Positions 29,877-41,661 of a stretch of 64,000 nt of DNA are shown in pieces. The notes below the pieces were generated by a model that did not search any database, was not told where the DNA came from, and saw only the letters and a list, made by a program, of their open reading frames with translations. The number at the start of each line of letters is the position of its first letter. The stretch's first letter is position 1. The DNA comes from an uncultured virus (IMG/VR IMGVR_UViG_3300037419_002733) (taxonomy: Duplodnaviria; Heunggongvirae; Uroviricota; Caudoviricetes), in the IMG/VR virus record IMGVR_UViG_3300037419_002733; one strand, written 5' to 3'. A program made the position numbers and the translations under genes.

Positions 29877-30797
29877 TTACCTACGCCACGATGGAACGAG
29901 CATCGGGTCTTCATCATCTTGCATAACGGAACGGTTGCCCCTCGCAGGTGACAGGTCAAGCGTGGATGAAGCTGAGGTCGGAACCGCTGGAGTGCTGACG
30001 GTCGTGTTGTTGGCATTCGGGAGCGATTGAGCGGTGCCAACGCTATTGGTCGCTTGCGATGGCGTTGGCCACGATCCCTGAGGATATGCCTGGGGATTCT
30101 TGGCATATTGGGCTGAAGTCACGTATGCTGGAGCCGGGGGCGGCATCTGTCCCTTCACCACGGGTTGATTCATCGTCTGATTCATACGGCTTTGTGCGTT
30201 CAACTGCTGAATCCTGGCATCTGCCGCCTTCTTCAGTCCCAACCATCCGCCCAATCCTGCCGGTCCTTGTTGGTCGAGTTGCTTGATCAATCCCGCAACT
30301 GATGACTGCCATTGCTTCTGGTCGAAAGCCGGGGGCTGGGCGGGCTGAGTTGCGGGATTTTCATTTGCACCATCTGTTGCCATGTTCGGATTCTCACCCC
30401 TGCGCAGTCCGAAGAATTGTCCGACCGAGCCGCCCACTGGTTTGCCTGTCTGGGGATTCTGCCCCGCCTGATAGGCTCTGACGGCTCCGGATACTGGAGC
30501 GGCGGCTGCCTGGACAGCACCACCCACGCCACGACCGACGCCCCTCGTGAGGTTTCCGATTCCTCGGGCGGCGGTGTCCCATCCTCCCCCGGTCATCCCC
30601 TTTCCGAGCCCGGCTGCAGTCTGGGCGGCACCGTAGCCGCCTTGGAGTGCGCCGCCTGCAGCATTGACCCCACCACGCACCAGTTGTGATCCGGCGTTCC
30701 CGAGTCCGGCGATGCCGCCTCGGAGACTATCCCACCAGCCTTCCTGGACTTGTTGGTCGCGGTTGGCTGCGTATTCGGAGAATGTATTAAATTTCAT
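29877..30797 (-). CDS. Gly/Ala/Gln-rich putative virion (internal head) protein
   Basis: MKFNTFSEY..VQEGWWD N-terminus typical of T4-superfamily jumbo phage head proteins (inference); TAAATA upstream. Confidence 0.55.
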   Translation of the reverse strand: MKFNTFSEYAANRDQQVQEGWWDSLRGGIAGLGNAGSQLVRGGVNAAGGALQGGYGAAQTAAGLGKGMTGGGWDTAARGIGNLTRGVGRGVGGAVQAAAAPVSGAVRAYQAGQNPQTGKPVGGSVGQFFGLRRGENPNMATDGANENPATQPAQPPAFDQKQWQSSVAGLIKQLDQQGPAGLGGWLGLKKAADARIQQLNAQSRMNQTMNQPVVKGQMPPPAPAYVTSAQYAKNPQAYPQGSWPTPSQATNSVGTAQSLPNANNTTVSTPAVPTSASSTLDLSPARGNRSVMQDDEDPMLVPSWRR

Positions 30798-31765
30798 ATC
30801 ATTATATCCCTTCTATTCTATTTAAGGAAAAACGACCTCTTTTCCAATTTTTTGATCTGAAAACGGGGAGAGAATTCTGGTAAGATGCTTTTACTGATCT
30901 AGGGCTGAGCGCAATTATTCTTGCGACTCAATTTCAGTTGCCAAAAATTGGATTTCAGGTCATGCCTGATTTCCAAGGCAAGCCCTCAGGTGCTAAAATG
31001 CCGAACGACGGCAGAACCGACGCATTATGCAGGAGTTTCTTATGAAAGCAATGAATTTCTTGTATGTGGTTGGTGGCGTGGCGGTTGGGGCTATGGTGAG
31101 CCTGGGTATGAACGGCTTCTTCGATCGTCGGCGTCCGCAACAGAATGTCTTGCCATCTTCGCCTCCCGCGCCCAAGATGTTGGCGGCTCCCAAAACCAAA
31201 TGGATGGTCAGCATCTTCGACAAAGCGACCGGCGATGTTTTGATGGCGAACGTCGAAGTTGTTGCCGAGGAATCCGATGGCAAAGGTCACTATCGGTTCT
31301 TCCGACCCGATGGATTGTTTTACAACCTCAATCTCAGCGACGGTAGCTGGATCATCCAGCGACAACAGGTGCCTCTAAAAAATTCGTTGTCAGCATAACC
31401 GAAGTTGACAATTTGGCGAATCTGGGGTATAAAATAAAACTAGCACTGAGTGACATCTTCGCCCCGGTGGGCGACCTATAAAACACAGGGAAACTCATAG
31501 ATGCGACAATTGCTATTTTCCGTGGAGAAGTGCGGCGACCTGTTCAAATTGAACGCCAATAACACGCTCCTGGAAATGACGAGAAAAGGATTCCAAGACT
31601 CGCTGGATACTGTTCTCCAAACCCCCCTTCCTCTTGAACCGGGTGATCGCGTGGATCTGCTCTTTCGGAGCGACATCCACGAAGGAACGGTCGCAATGTC
31701 CGTTCCGAATCGGTCCATCCCTGAGATCATTCGGTTGATGCAAAATGCCCTAGCGGCTTAGGGAA

Positions 31766-31812
31766 ATGGCTACTCCTGGACTCTCTTAAATCAAGAATCC
31801 AGGAGTAGCCAT
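31766..31812 (+). promoter_or_regulatory. RBS/start-sequestering hairpin
   Basis: ATGGCTACTCCTGGA/TCCAGGAGTAGCCAT 15-bp perfect stem covering AGGAG and the AT of ATG 31811. Confidence 0.8.
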
Positions 31813-32626
31813 GTGCATTTTCACGATCATCCAATACGAACCCGATTTCTTCCCGATCTGGTATAGCCACTACCAAAAGCATTTCGACCCCAAAGAAATC
31901 TACGTCCTCCATCACGTCCTCCCCGATCCCAAGACCGAAGTCCAGGCACAGCGTAAAGCCGACTGGACCTCCTTTATCCAATCCCATCAAGCCGCACACG
32001 GTTATCATCTCGTGGACATCACTCACGACCAAAGTTTCGACCACGAGTGGATGAGGCAAATCGTCTGCCAATTCCAAAGGAATTTACTCCAGTCATATCC
32101 GTGGGTTCTATTCACCGAAGTCGATGAAATCATCGCTCCCCATCCTCGGACCAACTTAGACATTAAAAATTACGCAAATAATCATTTTAAAGAAAACAAC
32201 ATCTGTGTTTGTGATGGTTACGAAATCGTCCAGAAGCTTGGAGAAGAGTCCCCGGTCGACTTCAACTTGCCGCTCCTGCCCCAACGTCGCTGGTGGTACT
32301 GGTCTAAGTTATACAGCAAACCACTGCTTTCCAAGGTGCCTCTGGAATGGTGCTGGGGCTTCCATGCTGCCACCGAGATCCCCGTCCCTTACCATCGCAG
32401 GGACGAGAACTTCCTCTTGCTCCACCTCCATAAGCTAGATTGGGACCTTTGCCTGAAGCGGAATCAAGCGAATGCTGAGCGGCGGTGGAAGGATGGTGTT
32501 TTTGGTTTCCAGAATCGATTGATCAGCGAAAACCGCCTGAGGCAATGGTGGACCATCGATATCGATCAGAATTCCTCGCTGGCAAACTTGACGGAAATTC
32601 CCGCAGAGATCAAGACCTTACTCTAA
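31811..32626 (+). CDS. GT-A glycosyltransferase-like protein (GT2/GT92-like)
   Basis: FFPIWYSHY..WVLFTEVDEII..SKP..GFH..LLHLH. Confidence 0.7.
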   Translation: MCIFTIIQYEPDFFPIWYSHYQKHFDPKEIYVLHHVLPDPKTEVQAQRKADWTSFIQSHQAAHGYHLVDITHDQSFDHEWMRQIVCQFQRNLLQSYPWVLFTEVDEIIAPHPRTNLDIKNYANNHFKENNICVCDGYEIVQKLGEESPVDFNLPLLPQRRWWYWSKLYSKPLLSKVPLEWCWGFHAATEIPVPYHRRDENFLLLHLHKLDWDLCLKRNQANAERRWKDGVFGFQNRLISENRLRQWWTIDIDQNSSLANLTEIPAEIKTLL

Positions 32627-32633
32627 TAAGATC

Positions 32634-34079
32634 ATGTCCAGCACGACGAAATTATTGAGATCCAAATTCGAGAAGAATCCCAGAATTGCCCTGCCCGATG
32701 GTTGCGGTATCATGACCGGAACCGATCAAAAATCGTTCCGAGGCATGCAGCTACTCTATTGGTCCTTGACTCTGTCGCATGATACTTCACCAATCGTGGT
32801 TGATTGCGGGATGGCAGGCGACCAGAGAGATTGGTGTCATCATCGTGGGATCAAGGTTCATGTCCCTCCTCATTCCAGCCGGATCTTTCCAGAGGGAACG
32901 TGGGACAAGCCGGTCTTCATCGGTCAGAGCCCATTCTCCAAGACACTCTGGATCGCCCCGGATGCCGTGGTCACGGGGGACCTGAATGACATCTTTACGC
33001 AAATTAACGACCAACCATTCTTGGTCAACGACTACTACCGTCGCATCTCCAATGACGAGCAACTGTATCGAATCCGTCCCGTGAGCGCCAGATGTCCCAC
33101 CGTCAGCGATGGTGTGATCGGATTCGATCTCGAACGGGACTACCGATTTCTGGAAGTCTGGAAGAAGATCGTGGAAGTGGCTTATGCCGACGACATCACC
33201 AGGGGTTGGCTAGACAACGGCGAACAAGGAGCGTTCATGTGGGCGATCGAGGCGGCGGGATATGGAAGCCGGGCGACCGGCGATGCCCGCTACAGCATGC
33301 CGGTCACGCCGTCGTCACGTCCATTGGTCTGTGATTCAGTGGAAGAGATCATCGACAGTCTTCATCCTCTGATGACCATTCAGAGATTCCAGGGGGAAAC
33401 GAAGCCTTGGTCTCATTGGGAAGTCCATCGCCAATTCGATCTCGAACCGGAAAACCTTTCCGAATGTATGTCTCGCGACATCTGCCTCTTCCTCTTGACC
33501 AATGAGAAAATCCCGTGTTCCTGTGTGCGAGCCGTTGATCTTGAGTCCCTGCCTCTGGGAAACAACCAGGGCGAGCCGTTGGGCGATAACCGGATATTCT
33601 TGTCGAACCTCGCGGAAACTTCGCATACGCCCTATCTGGGATGTTGCCTCAGTTTTGTCGATTTGGGGCAGATCCGCGATCACTTGTCACCGTCCAGGGT
33701 GTTGGTCCGTAGCCGTGTGGGGAATGATGAATCCGGACTTCACTGGAAACATCAACTTGAATTGAAAAATCCTGGTATCATGGTTTATTTGGATGAAATT
33801 GAGCAATTTTCTGGATTGAAGGCGGGCGATGTTTCCTTCGCAGGGAATGAGTTCCTGTGCGATCGGTTTGTTTATCGAGAATTTCTGGCTCATTGGCGGC
33901 ACATTTATCATTATTTGCTTAAAAAATACAATAATAATTTTTCTATACATGACGTCGAGCCGATGAGGGTTCCGTCCCTTGTCTATGATGCGATCACGAT
34001 GCTTTACTTCTCCAGTCGTAACGACTTAAGGATCGTCGAATGTTTTGGAAAAAATATTGCATTCGGGGAATCTTTTTAA
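32634..34079 (+). CDS. Two-domain glycosyltransferase-like protein
   Basis: VVDCGM..WDKP..TLWIAPDAVV..SDGVIGF..GEQGA (GT8/nucleotide-sugar transferase-like). Confidence 0.55.
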   Translation: MSSTTKLLRSKFEKNPRIALPDGCGIMTGTDQKSFRGMQLLYWSLTLSHDTSPIVVDCGMAGDQRDWCHHRGIKVHVPPHSSRIFPEGTWDKPVFIGQSPFSKTLWIAPDAVVTGDLNDIFTQINDQPFLVNDYYRRISNDEQLYRIRPVSARCPTVSDGVIGFDLERDYRFLEVWKKIVEVAYADDITRGWLDNGEQGAFMWAIEAAGYGSRATGDARYSMPVTPSSRPLVCDSVEEIIDSLHPLMTIQRFQGETKPWSHWEVHRQFDLEPENLSECMSRDICLFLLTNEKIPCSCVRAVDLESLPLGNNQGEPLGDNRIFLSNLAETSHTPYLGCCLSFVDLGQIRDHLSPSRVLVRSRVGNDESGLHWKHQLELKNPGIMVYLDEIEQFSGLKAGDVSFAGNEFLCDRFVYREFLAHWRHIYHYLLKKYNNNFSIHDVEPMRVPSLVYDAITMLYFSSRNDLRIVECFGKNIAFGESF

Positions 34080-35591
34080 TTTACATTGCCGATGGGGTTC
34101 GCTAAAGTATTGCGAAGTGGCGATGAACGATATCGATTTTCTTCGGGAGACGCTTCCATGCGACTTCTCTTTGACGCGATCTGTGCGATTGCCCTTCTTA
34201 CAGTCGTTGCCACTCTGAATGAAGAGAGCAAAGGAACAACGCCCCCAAATCCCCCATCTTACGATGCCCCTTCTTTTCCTCCCAAACCTCCTATCTCGCA
34301 AGATCCCAAACGGTTTTCCGCGATTCCGCGAATAGTCGAACCACAAGAGCCGGTCCGAGAAGAATTGGTCACGCCCAATCCCACCACTTCGGTCCCCTAC
34401 CGGCGACCGCCCGAGATTGTCGAGGTCGAACCGGTTTGTACCCCCAGCAAATACGAGATCCTGCAATATTGGCGTCTCGACATCACTCGAATGCGTCACC
34501 TGTATAGGCGTTCGACCGATTCTTGCCTGCGACAGACGTTCGGCAAGACTTACAGACCCTTGATCAATGCGGTGCGACACGGCGCGTCGGCTGCTAATTT
34601 GCCCGAGCCGCCTGAAGCGTATGCCCAAGTGGTGAAACAACGATGTACGAATGGGCGAATCTGCGGGAATGGCGGTATCATCCCGTCTCCTGGAGAATAA
34701 GTCAAGCATGCGACGAGACTCGTTTTTCTGGATCTCTTGCGGCATCCTTCTTCTGAGGCTCATCCTGGAAATCAGGAGTGGCTTGAAGTGGATGATCGGT
34801 CTTCGGGATCGACGAGTCTCGCCGGTCGAGGTGCTTGCCAAGGACTTGGAGCCGCCCGCTCCAAAGCAGAGTCCAATCCGCATCATCCGAAAACTATCCA
34901 CCAGAAAACCGTCCACCAATTACCTCGAAACGCTCGGTCCTGAAGATTTCGAACAGTTTATCAAGTGAGCGATCCATGGTGCGTAAAGTAATTCCCATGA
35001 AATGGTCGCTCGCTCCCGAAAATCAGCACAAGCTGTGGAATTACTGGAAGAATTGTCGTCCAGCTTGGGTCGAGGGTGAATATGACGGGACCTTGTCTTG
35101 GACGTTGATTGCGGTGGAATCAATCGGAGAATCCATCAACGCCCTTCAGGAGTTGTTTTTCGGATTCGGAATCACGGAGAAGAATTATGCGGCGATGATC
35201 CGCTACAAGCTCATCCCTCCCGGCTTGATTCCCGAGATCGATAGGCATGTAGAGAAGAAGAGGCTAGACGAGCAGCAGACAGGGATTAAGATCGTGAAAC
35301 CCTTGGTCCCGTTTTTACCTGTCAAGCCCAAGGTCAAACGAAAGCCAAAGGGGCAAGGACCTAGTTCCAAGCATACATTCTTGATCTTGGCTCTGAGGGG
35401 TTTGTTGGAACTCGGACGAGCGAGCAGGACACCGGAAGGGGCATGGACGGTGATCGAATGGGAGGGAGTTGAAAAGAAGCGACAAGCGAATGTCCCTACC
35501 GTCAAGGAAGCATTGGAATGGCTCCAGACGATTGAAGGTGTGACTAAGATCGTAAGGAAACGCCGACCATCGGTCTAACAGGATAGTCCCT

Positions 35592-35873
35592 ATGACTTTC
35601 AAAAAACGATCGTGTTCGTTGTGGCTCCGGATCACGCAGTACGAACAGGATACCGACTATCGCATCAAGATTGATCGACCCAGCGATTGTAAGATGCGAG
35701 TGGTTCTCTACAAGTACAAGAACAACGTGACCGAAACAAGTTACGTGGTTGAAGAAGGCATCAACGGTCACTGTACTTGTAATTGTCCCGATTGGCTGAA
35801 GAAGCGAGTGGATTGCAAGCACATTGGTGCCTTGAAGGCAAACGGCATAATTGAAGGTGTCCCCTGCCTTTAA
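35592..35873 (+). CDS. SWIM zinc-finger protein
   Basis: CTCNCPDW..CKHI. Confidence 0.8.
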   Translation: MTFKKRSCSLWLRITQYEQDTDYRIKIDRPSDCKMRVVLYKYKNNVTETSYVVEEGINGHCTCNCPDWLKKRVDCKHIGALKANGIIEGVPCL

Positions 35874-35906
35874 TCAAGTAACCTCATTCGGAAGGACGAG
35901 ATCAGC

Positions 35907-36512
35907 ATGCCCAGCACCATCAGCCAGATTCGCAAAACGCAGGTGTTCAATATCCTGGACAAGAACCCCGAGTTGACGACCAGCCAGATCCAGAAGGAAA
36001 TCAGGCGGCAATCGGGCGTGCAGTCTAACTACACCAGCATCGACAACCATCGCAAGGCGTGGATCTCCAGCAAGGATTATTCGTCCGAGAAGAAGCGGAC
36101 CAGGACGCCATCGCAGGATATCAAGAATCAGATCTACAAAGTCCTGGACCAATATCCCGAATTCACCAATAGTGAAATCCGCAAATATATCAAGACGAGT
36201 ACGGGGTCCACGGTATACGACAATTCCATCAAGAAGTACAGGGATGAATGGATGGCTGAAAGAGAACAGCCCCGACCCGTGGCTGAGGACATCCCCGAGG
36301 TCCCGCCGATCTCGCCACAGACAGTCGAACCAGATGTCTCTGCCAACGTGAAATTCCTTCGGCAGATGATCCGGCTCTCGCAGGGCATCACGACCTGTGG
36401 CTCGTCGCAAGTTGTCCTGGATTTGCTGGAGTTGTGCGAAGAACTCGGCGGGATCGAAGCAGCCCGGCTCGCGATCCAATTCCTGACACAACTCCAGCAA
36501 TTGCCAAAGTAA
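35907..36512 (+). CDS. Protein with tandem duplicated HTH-like domain
   Basis: QVFNILDKNPELTTSQIQKEI / QIYKVLDQYPEFTNSEIRKYI internal repeat. Confidence 0.7.
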   Translation: MPSTISQIRKTQVFNILDKNPELTTSQIQKEIRRQSGVQSNYTSIDNHRKAWISSKDYSSEKKRTRTPSQDIKNQIYKVLDQYPEFTNSEIRKYIKTSTGSTVYDNSIKKYRDEWMAEREQPRPVAEDIPEVPPISPQTVEPDVSANVKFLRQMIRLSQGITTCGSSQVVLDLLELCEELGGIEAARLAIQFLTQLQQLPK

Positions 36513-36600
36513 GGTCAATTCGGGTTCACACCATTGGCAGGATTTGGTATACTTGAATACTGAGTCCTGCCAATGGATTTTAGAACAAGGAGGATGAATC

Positions 36601-37095
36601 ATGGCGACGGGCATTCGGAAAATGATGATTCTCAAGTGCAATCCCAAGGTTGTCCAAGCTCGCGACGAAACGGGCGAACCCATCACGCAGGACGGTGTGC
36701 CGGTCTTGGTGCTGGATTATCATCCGATTTATCTCGACATCACCACGGACGAGGATCGCGGTCGTGCCGCCCTCTCGGTCCTCAAGATGCGTTTTTGCGG
36801 CAAAAACGCGACCCATAAACTGGTGCCTCCCGAAAAACCCAAGCCCTGTCCGATCGATCAATCCGCGTTCATGCAGATGAAGTCGTCCGACGAGGGATAC
36901 GAGGAAGCATATCAGCAGGTCCGCAAGTTCGCCGACATTCGCCGCGACTATGACAATGCTGTGAGGAAATACGACGCCCTGGTGCGATGCCTTCAGACTG
37001 ATGATGCCCAACTGGCTGCTGCGATCCTCGAAGAACGGCGCTACTTGAAAGGCGAGGGTTACGACATCGACCTGCTCTATGACGAATGTCCCTGA
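36601..37095 (+). CDS. Hypothetical protein
   Basis: AGGAGG RBS; TTCACA-17-TATACT promoter upstream. Confidence 0.75.
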   Translation: MATGIRKMMILKCNPKVVQARDETGEPITQDGVPVLVLDYHPIYLDITTDEDRGRAALSVLKMRFCGKNATHKLVPPEKPKPCPIDQSAFMQMKSSDEGYEEAYQQVRKFADIRRDYDNAVRKYDALVRCLQTDDAQLAAAILEERRYLKGEGYDIDLLYDECP

Positions 37096-38713
37096 TCTGA
37101 GATGCTTTTACCGGTTTGTGTTCTCATGATATAATGTAATTTGGACGGAGCGACCTGATTTGCCAACTAAACCAAATGCTCCACTCCGAAGTCGGATGCG
37201 GGAAAAAGAAATTCCAAAACCTGAGCAAGTCGCAGTTAAGGAATCTCCACTGCTTAAGGTGGAGGCAGAACGAACCGTTCGGGGGTGGAAGATTCAGGTC
37301 TTGGGGCAAAACAAGGGGGCGATGATCTCGCCAGAGGGCGTCACGCTTCAGGTCTACTACAATCATTTTACCGGGACCTTATTGGTCACAAACACGGCAG
37401 CCGTCTTTAACCAGGAAGCGGTTGAAGGTCTAGAACAGATGCTACGGCATCGACCCCGCTAAGGAATCTTTTCAACAATGCATCTCAAGGAATTGTGGCG
37501 CAACGTGGTCCAAGAGCAGCAGGACGGACCTCCCATGGAAGGATGCCAATACGTGGATCACGTTGCGAGCTCCTACGATGGGATGCATTTAGCCCTCAAG
37601 TTTGGAGAAGATTACACATACGAAGTTCGCACCCGATCCGGACAGGTCGAATTTATCTTCACGGTAGTCGCCGGAAAAATCGTGAATTCGCACATTCCGG
37701 AATGCAAAGATCCGTCGTGAGTGCTATTCGAGGAACTGAAATGTCGAATCGTCCTGAGGGAAGGTGGCAGAGAGTATCCTTCGCCGACCTTCCCGGTCCC
37801 GTGCGAGACCATTATAATGCCCACCATGTCGAAAGTAGCGGTGTGCGTTCTGATCGTCAAGACGTGATCACGATCAAGTTGATACAAAGCCGAGACTTGC
37901 ATCTCTGGCATCAGTCCGCAGACGGGCAATGGAAGTTAGTCCCGGAGATTCCCCCATGGATCGAGCAAACTCCCGAAGCGACCGAAAATGCCTGAGAAGA
38001 GTTCTACTCGACCCTCAGGCATCGGATGCCAGCAAGGACGATGCGTTGATCGAATTGATCATGATCAATGATCCGGAACTTCCGGAGATGTTCACGAAGG
38101 AGATCACCCGAAGCGACATTTCTGATCAGTGGTTCGACATCCTAATACTCGCCACGGGTATGATCCAATTCTCGACCGATTCGCAACGATCTCGGGTTGC
38201 GAATCGGCTGTATACTCGCGCCATGGAATTAATGTGGTCGCATGAAAGTTACCCAACAACCATTCTTTTGACAGCCATACGAAACTACGTTTCTTTAGTT
38301 TCGCCTAAGGAGGTGCCGAAGCTTCTCATGTTCCTGCAGGTAGGTGCCCGGCTCCCGGAGACGATACGGGTAGTGCTGCAGTCGATATGGGAAACCTATG
38401 TAGTGTACCCGCCTGATCCCAAAACAACCTCTGAATTGAAAGAATATGTCGAGGTGCTGTGGAAACACATGTTGTTCATACCTCCAAAAATCCCCTGCAC
38501 ATCTTTAACCCTGAATGCCTTCCTCGCCCTCGCTGTTCTCGGCAGCCCCCTCGCCTCGGTCTACGCTGTCGGGATTGGGATGGGTGGTCCAACGCCTTTA
38601 ACCAGGAGGATCATCGAAGTCTTAAGCGAGATCCGTTTCAATTGGGAATCCCAAGGGGCGTCCGCGTGGATTCTCAGCGAATGCATCCACAACCTCCAAG
38701 AGGGAAAATCATC

Positions 38714-39259
38714 ATGAGCATGCGAAGCAAAGGTCCCCGGCTGGCTGAGTCGCACGTGGCAATCTATTTCCCATGCCTCCAATGCTCAAACGAGGTCGTC
38801 TATCAACTGACATTTGGTCACAAGGGACTTGCCGAGGTTGCCAAGTGTCAAAAATGCCACTATGTACACACGCAACCGGAAATTGATAAGGTGTTCCGGT
38901 TGAAGCTCGCATTTCCCTGCTACACCTACATCTGCCCCTATTGTCACCACCATGGCATGGGCAAGACCAAGTTCACAACGATCAAGGATTCCATGCCCAT
39001 GTTCCTGGTTCCCCCTGGAACATGTCCTTATTGCTTCGACGAGGAAGTCCAACAGGTTCTCGATTATCCACCTGTTGGACGGGTCGACCAGAACGGCTAT
39101 CACATGGAAATGCCCAAGCTGATCGTCTGCAGTTCGTGCGACCGTCCTTCTCGGATTTTGCTCGACAGCGTGCAAGCCTTCCAATTTACCCCCACGATCA
39201 ACGAGAACCCCGACCTGGTTCCGATGGATCGCATCCCCACCCATGCCTGGAACAATTAG
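38714..39259 (+). CDS. Multi-CxxC zinc-ribbon protein
   Basis: Five CxxC motifs. Confidence 0.65.
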   Translation: MSMRSKGPRLAESHVAIYFPCLQCSNEVVYQLTFGHKGLAEVAKCQKCHYVHTQPEIDKVFRLKLAFPCYTYICPYCHHHGMGKTKFTTIKDSMPMFLVPPGTCPYCFDEEVQQVLDYPPVGRVDQNGYHMEMPKLIVCSSCDRPSRILLDSVQAFQFTPTINENPDLVPMDRIPTHAWNN

Positions 39260-39262
39260 GAC

Positions 39263-40135
39263 TTAGGTTTTTATCGGAGCGAGACCATTGCCGAGCAGGA
39301 TTTCCTTGGTCTCGCTCCGACTCGACGCCTTTCCGGTGAAACTCTTGTAGCATACGACCTTTTCATATGGATATCCATGGAAATATTCTAGTATTTCTGG
39401 GCATTCGTGATTACTCATGAGAAATGTCGCCCCAGCCGAATCCAGTTGGTCGCAAAAGACGCGAAGCCGCTGCTCATCTGCATCGACAAATCCCTCCTTG
39501 CTGTAGGTCTTATCATCGATTTTCCTAGTCCCTAGGACATGATAAGGCGGATCAAGATAGATAAAATCTCCGGTCCCGAGTCGCGTCGTCTCGATCTGCG
39601 AGAAATCCCCGCATTGGAATGTGACATCGGCTGAGTTCAGGGCGCGGTGAAGGCGAGCAATGCTGCAGAGGTCGATGGCGACTACCTTACGCTTGCCGAA
39701 GGCACTGTTGAAGTTACCCTTGCCATTATAACGGACCAAGGCGTTGAATGCTGTCCGATTTAGGGTCAGGAAGAGGGCAGCATGTCGGATCGACAACGGA
39801 CAGGCGTTGAATTCATTTCGAAACCAGTAATAGCGTTCTCGCTTGGCTTCCATGTCTTCCAAGGCATCGTAGCCAGATTTGAACTCTTGGATGTGAGCGG
39901 CGAGGTCATCATAGTGGTCCCGAATTACGGTCCACATATTAACGAGATGCGGGTTGATGTCGGCGACAATGTACTTGGCGGCATATTGCCTCGACAGCAC
40001 TTGTAAGAAGATAGAGCCGCCTCCTATGAATGGCTCTATATATGAATTTATTTTATTAGGTATTTTCGCCATGATCTGGTCAGCAAGAGATCGCTTGCCT
40101 CCGACCCAGCGAAGGGGCGGTTCGATAATGTCCAT
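39263..40135 (-). CDS. dam: Dam-family (D12) DNA adenine methyltransferase
   Basis: RWVGGK, EPFIGGGS, LNRTAFNAL, IYLDPPY, SNH. Confidence 0.93.
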   Translation of the reverse strand: MDIIEPPLRWVGGKRSLADQIMAKIPNKINSYIEPFIGGGSIFLQVLSRQYAAKYIVADINPHLVNMWTVIRDHYDDLAAHIQEFKSGYDALEDMEAKRERYYWFRNEFNACPLSIRHAALFLTLNRTAFNALVRYNGKGNFNSAFGKRKVVAIDLCSIARLHRALNSADVTFQCGDFSQIETTRLGTGDFIYLDPPYHVLGTRKIDDKTYSKEGFVDADEQRLRVFCDQLDSAGATFLMSNHECPEILEYFHGYPYEKVVCYKSFTGKASSRSETKEILLGNGLAPIKT

Positions 40136-40288
40136 TCATTAAATAGAGTAAATTCAATAGATTAATCATAAGTGCTGTCCTGAGGAAAATATAGAAAATT
40201 GATGGGTGACTGGTTGACGGAAGGAATTACTCATGCTACAACAAAGGTAGATGAGGGAGCGAGCAAAGCCTTTTGGAAATGAATAGGG

Positions 40289-40591
40289 ATGACGATGTCA
40301 AAGCGGGATGTGAGCGAAAAGATCCCAACGGCGATCGTGACAGCAAGCCAGAATCTCAAGTCGGTGAGTCACTTTCTCCGTCTTCAAATTTTCCTAAGGA
40401 TTCTCGACCTCCAAGAGGGTGTCTCGCAGGCAGTTCTTGCAAAAGAATTCGGAGTTTCGCAACCATCTATAAGTCATCACATGAGAATATTACAAGCATC
40501 GGGTTTTCTGGACATGACGGAAAATAAGGTCACGCCCTTAGGAAAGGCTTTCGGCGATACCATCAATCGTCTGATGGATAAAGCGGAATAG
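40289..40591 (+). CDS. ArsR-like HTH regulator
   Basis: RLQI..LAKEFGVSQPSISHHMRILQASG. Confidence 0.85.
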   Translation: MTMSKRDVSEKIPTAIVTASQNLKSVSHFLRLQIFLRILDLQEGVSQAVLAKEFGVSQPSISHHMRILQASGFLDMTENKVTPLGKAFGDTINRLMDKAE

Positions 40592-41661
40592 CGTCTGGCA
40601 CGCAAGTACCACCACGAGGTGACATTCTCCATGAGGCTTCATTTGGTCCAGAAATCCAATCAAGGAACTGAAGAGGATTGGGAGGCTACGATCCAGGGTT
40701 CTAACTGTAACCACAGAGTTACAGGTCGCACTAGACTTCAAGCCCTGTGGCGGCTGGTACATGCCAACCGTTCCGAACTCACCATTACCGAGATCAAGGT
40801 CACGTGTCTGGTCAGCTAGAGAACTGGTATCCCGGCAACGGAATGCCGGGATGCAACATTGCCGAAAGGTCTTTACCGTGATCAAGCTTTTCAAATCATT
40901 CTTCATGTTTGTGGGCGTTTTCCCGTTCTTGGTAGCGGGTGGCTTACTGGCATGGTTCCAGCCGTCGCTTGCAACCGCCCAGCGAGCCACATGGAAGACG
41001 ATCTCCTACTGCCTCCCATCGACGGTTTCAATTGCTGACCACAACGTGAAGCTCCGCATCCTCGAAGTGAAGCAGGGCGAGGTGGCGACCGGCACGTTCT
41101 ATACGATCACGGGGAATCGGTGTCAATATGTGCGAATGCAAGGCATGGATATCAAGTCGATCCACAAGGTCGGGAATGAAAAAATAGTTGAATTTTCCGA
41201 AGCTGATATTGACACATTGGTAGACATCGCGACAATAATCCCGCCAGCCTCATCAGAGAACGCGAGTCATTGCCTGAGTGTGGGCATTGGCGATAGCAAG
41301 GACTACCTGGCGACAACCGCCAAGGCACCTTCGGCAGCGCTGTTGATACGGACTCTGGAGAGGTTCCTGCATGCGGCTCAAGAGCATGCTCTGGCGTTAG
41401 ACGAATGATTGACCAACTTTCCCCATCCTTCTGAAACCAAGGACGACATCAGATGCCAGCCGATTCGCCCGAGGATCTTATCTTGATGACGGCGAAACAG
41501 ATCATCCAGAAATCGCTGACTGGTCGGGGATCGAACAGAAGGAAGGTGATCCGGACCACCTGCGCCCTCCGAACCATTGGGAAGATTCTCAACCCGCCAA
41601 AAGAAAAACCCGAAGGTCCTCAAACCTTCGGGTCATGTGATCCTGTTACCTAGTAGGTCGC

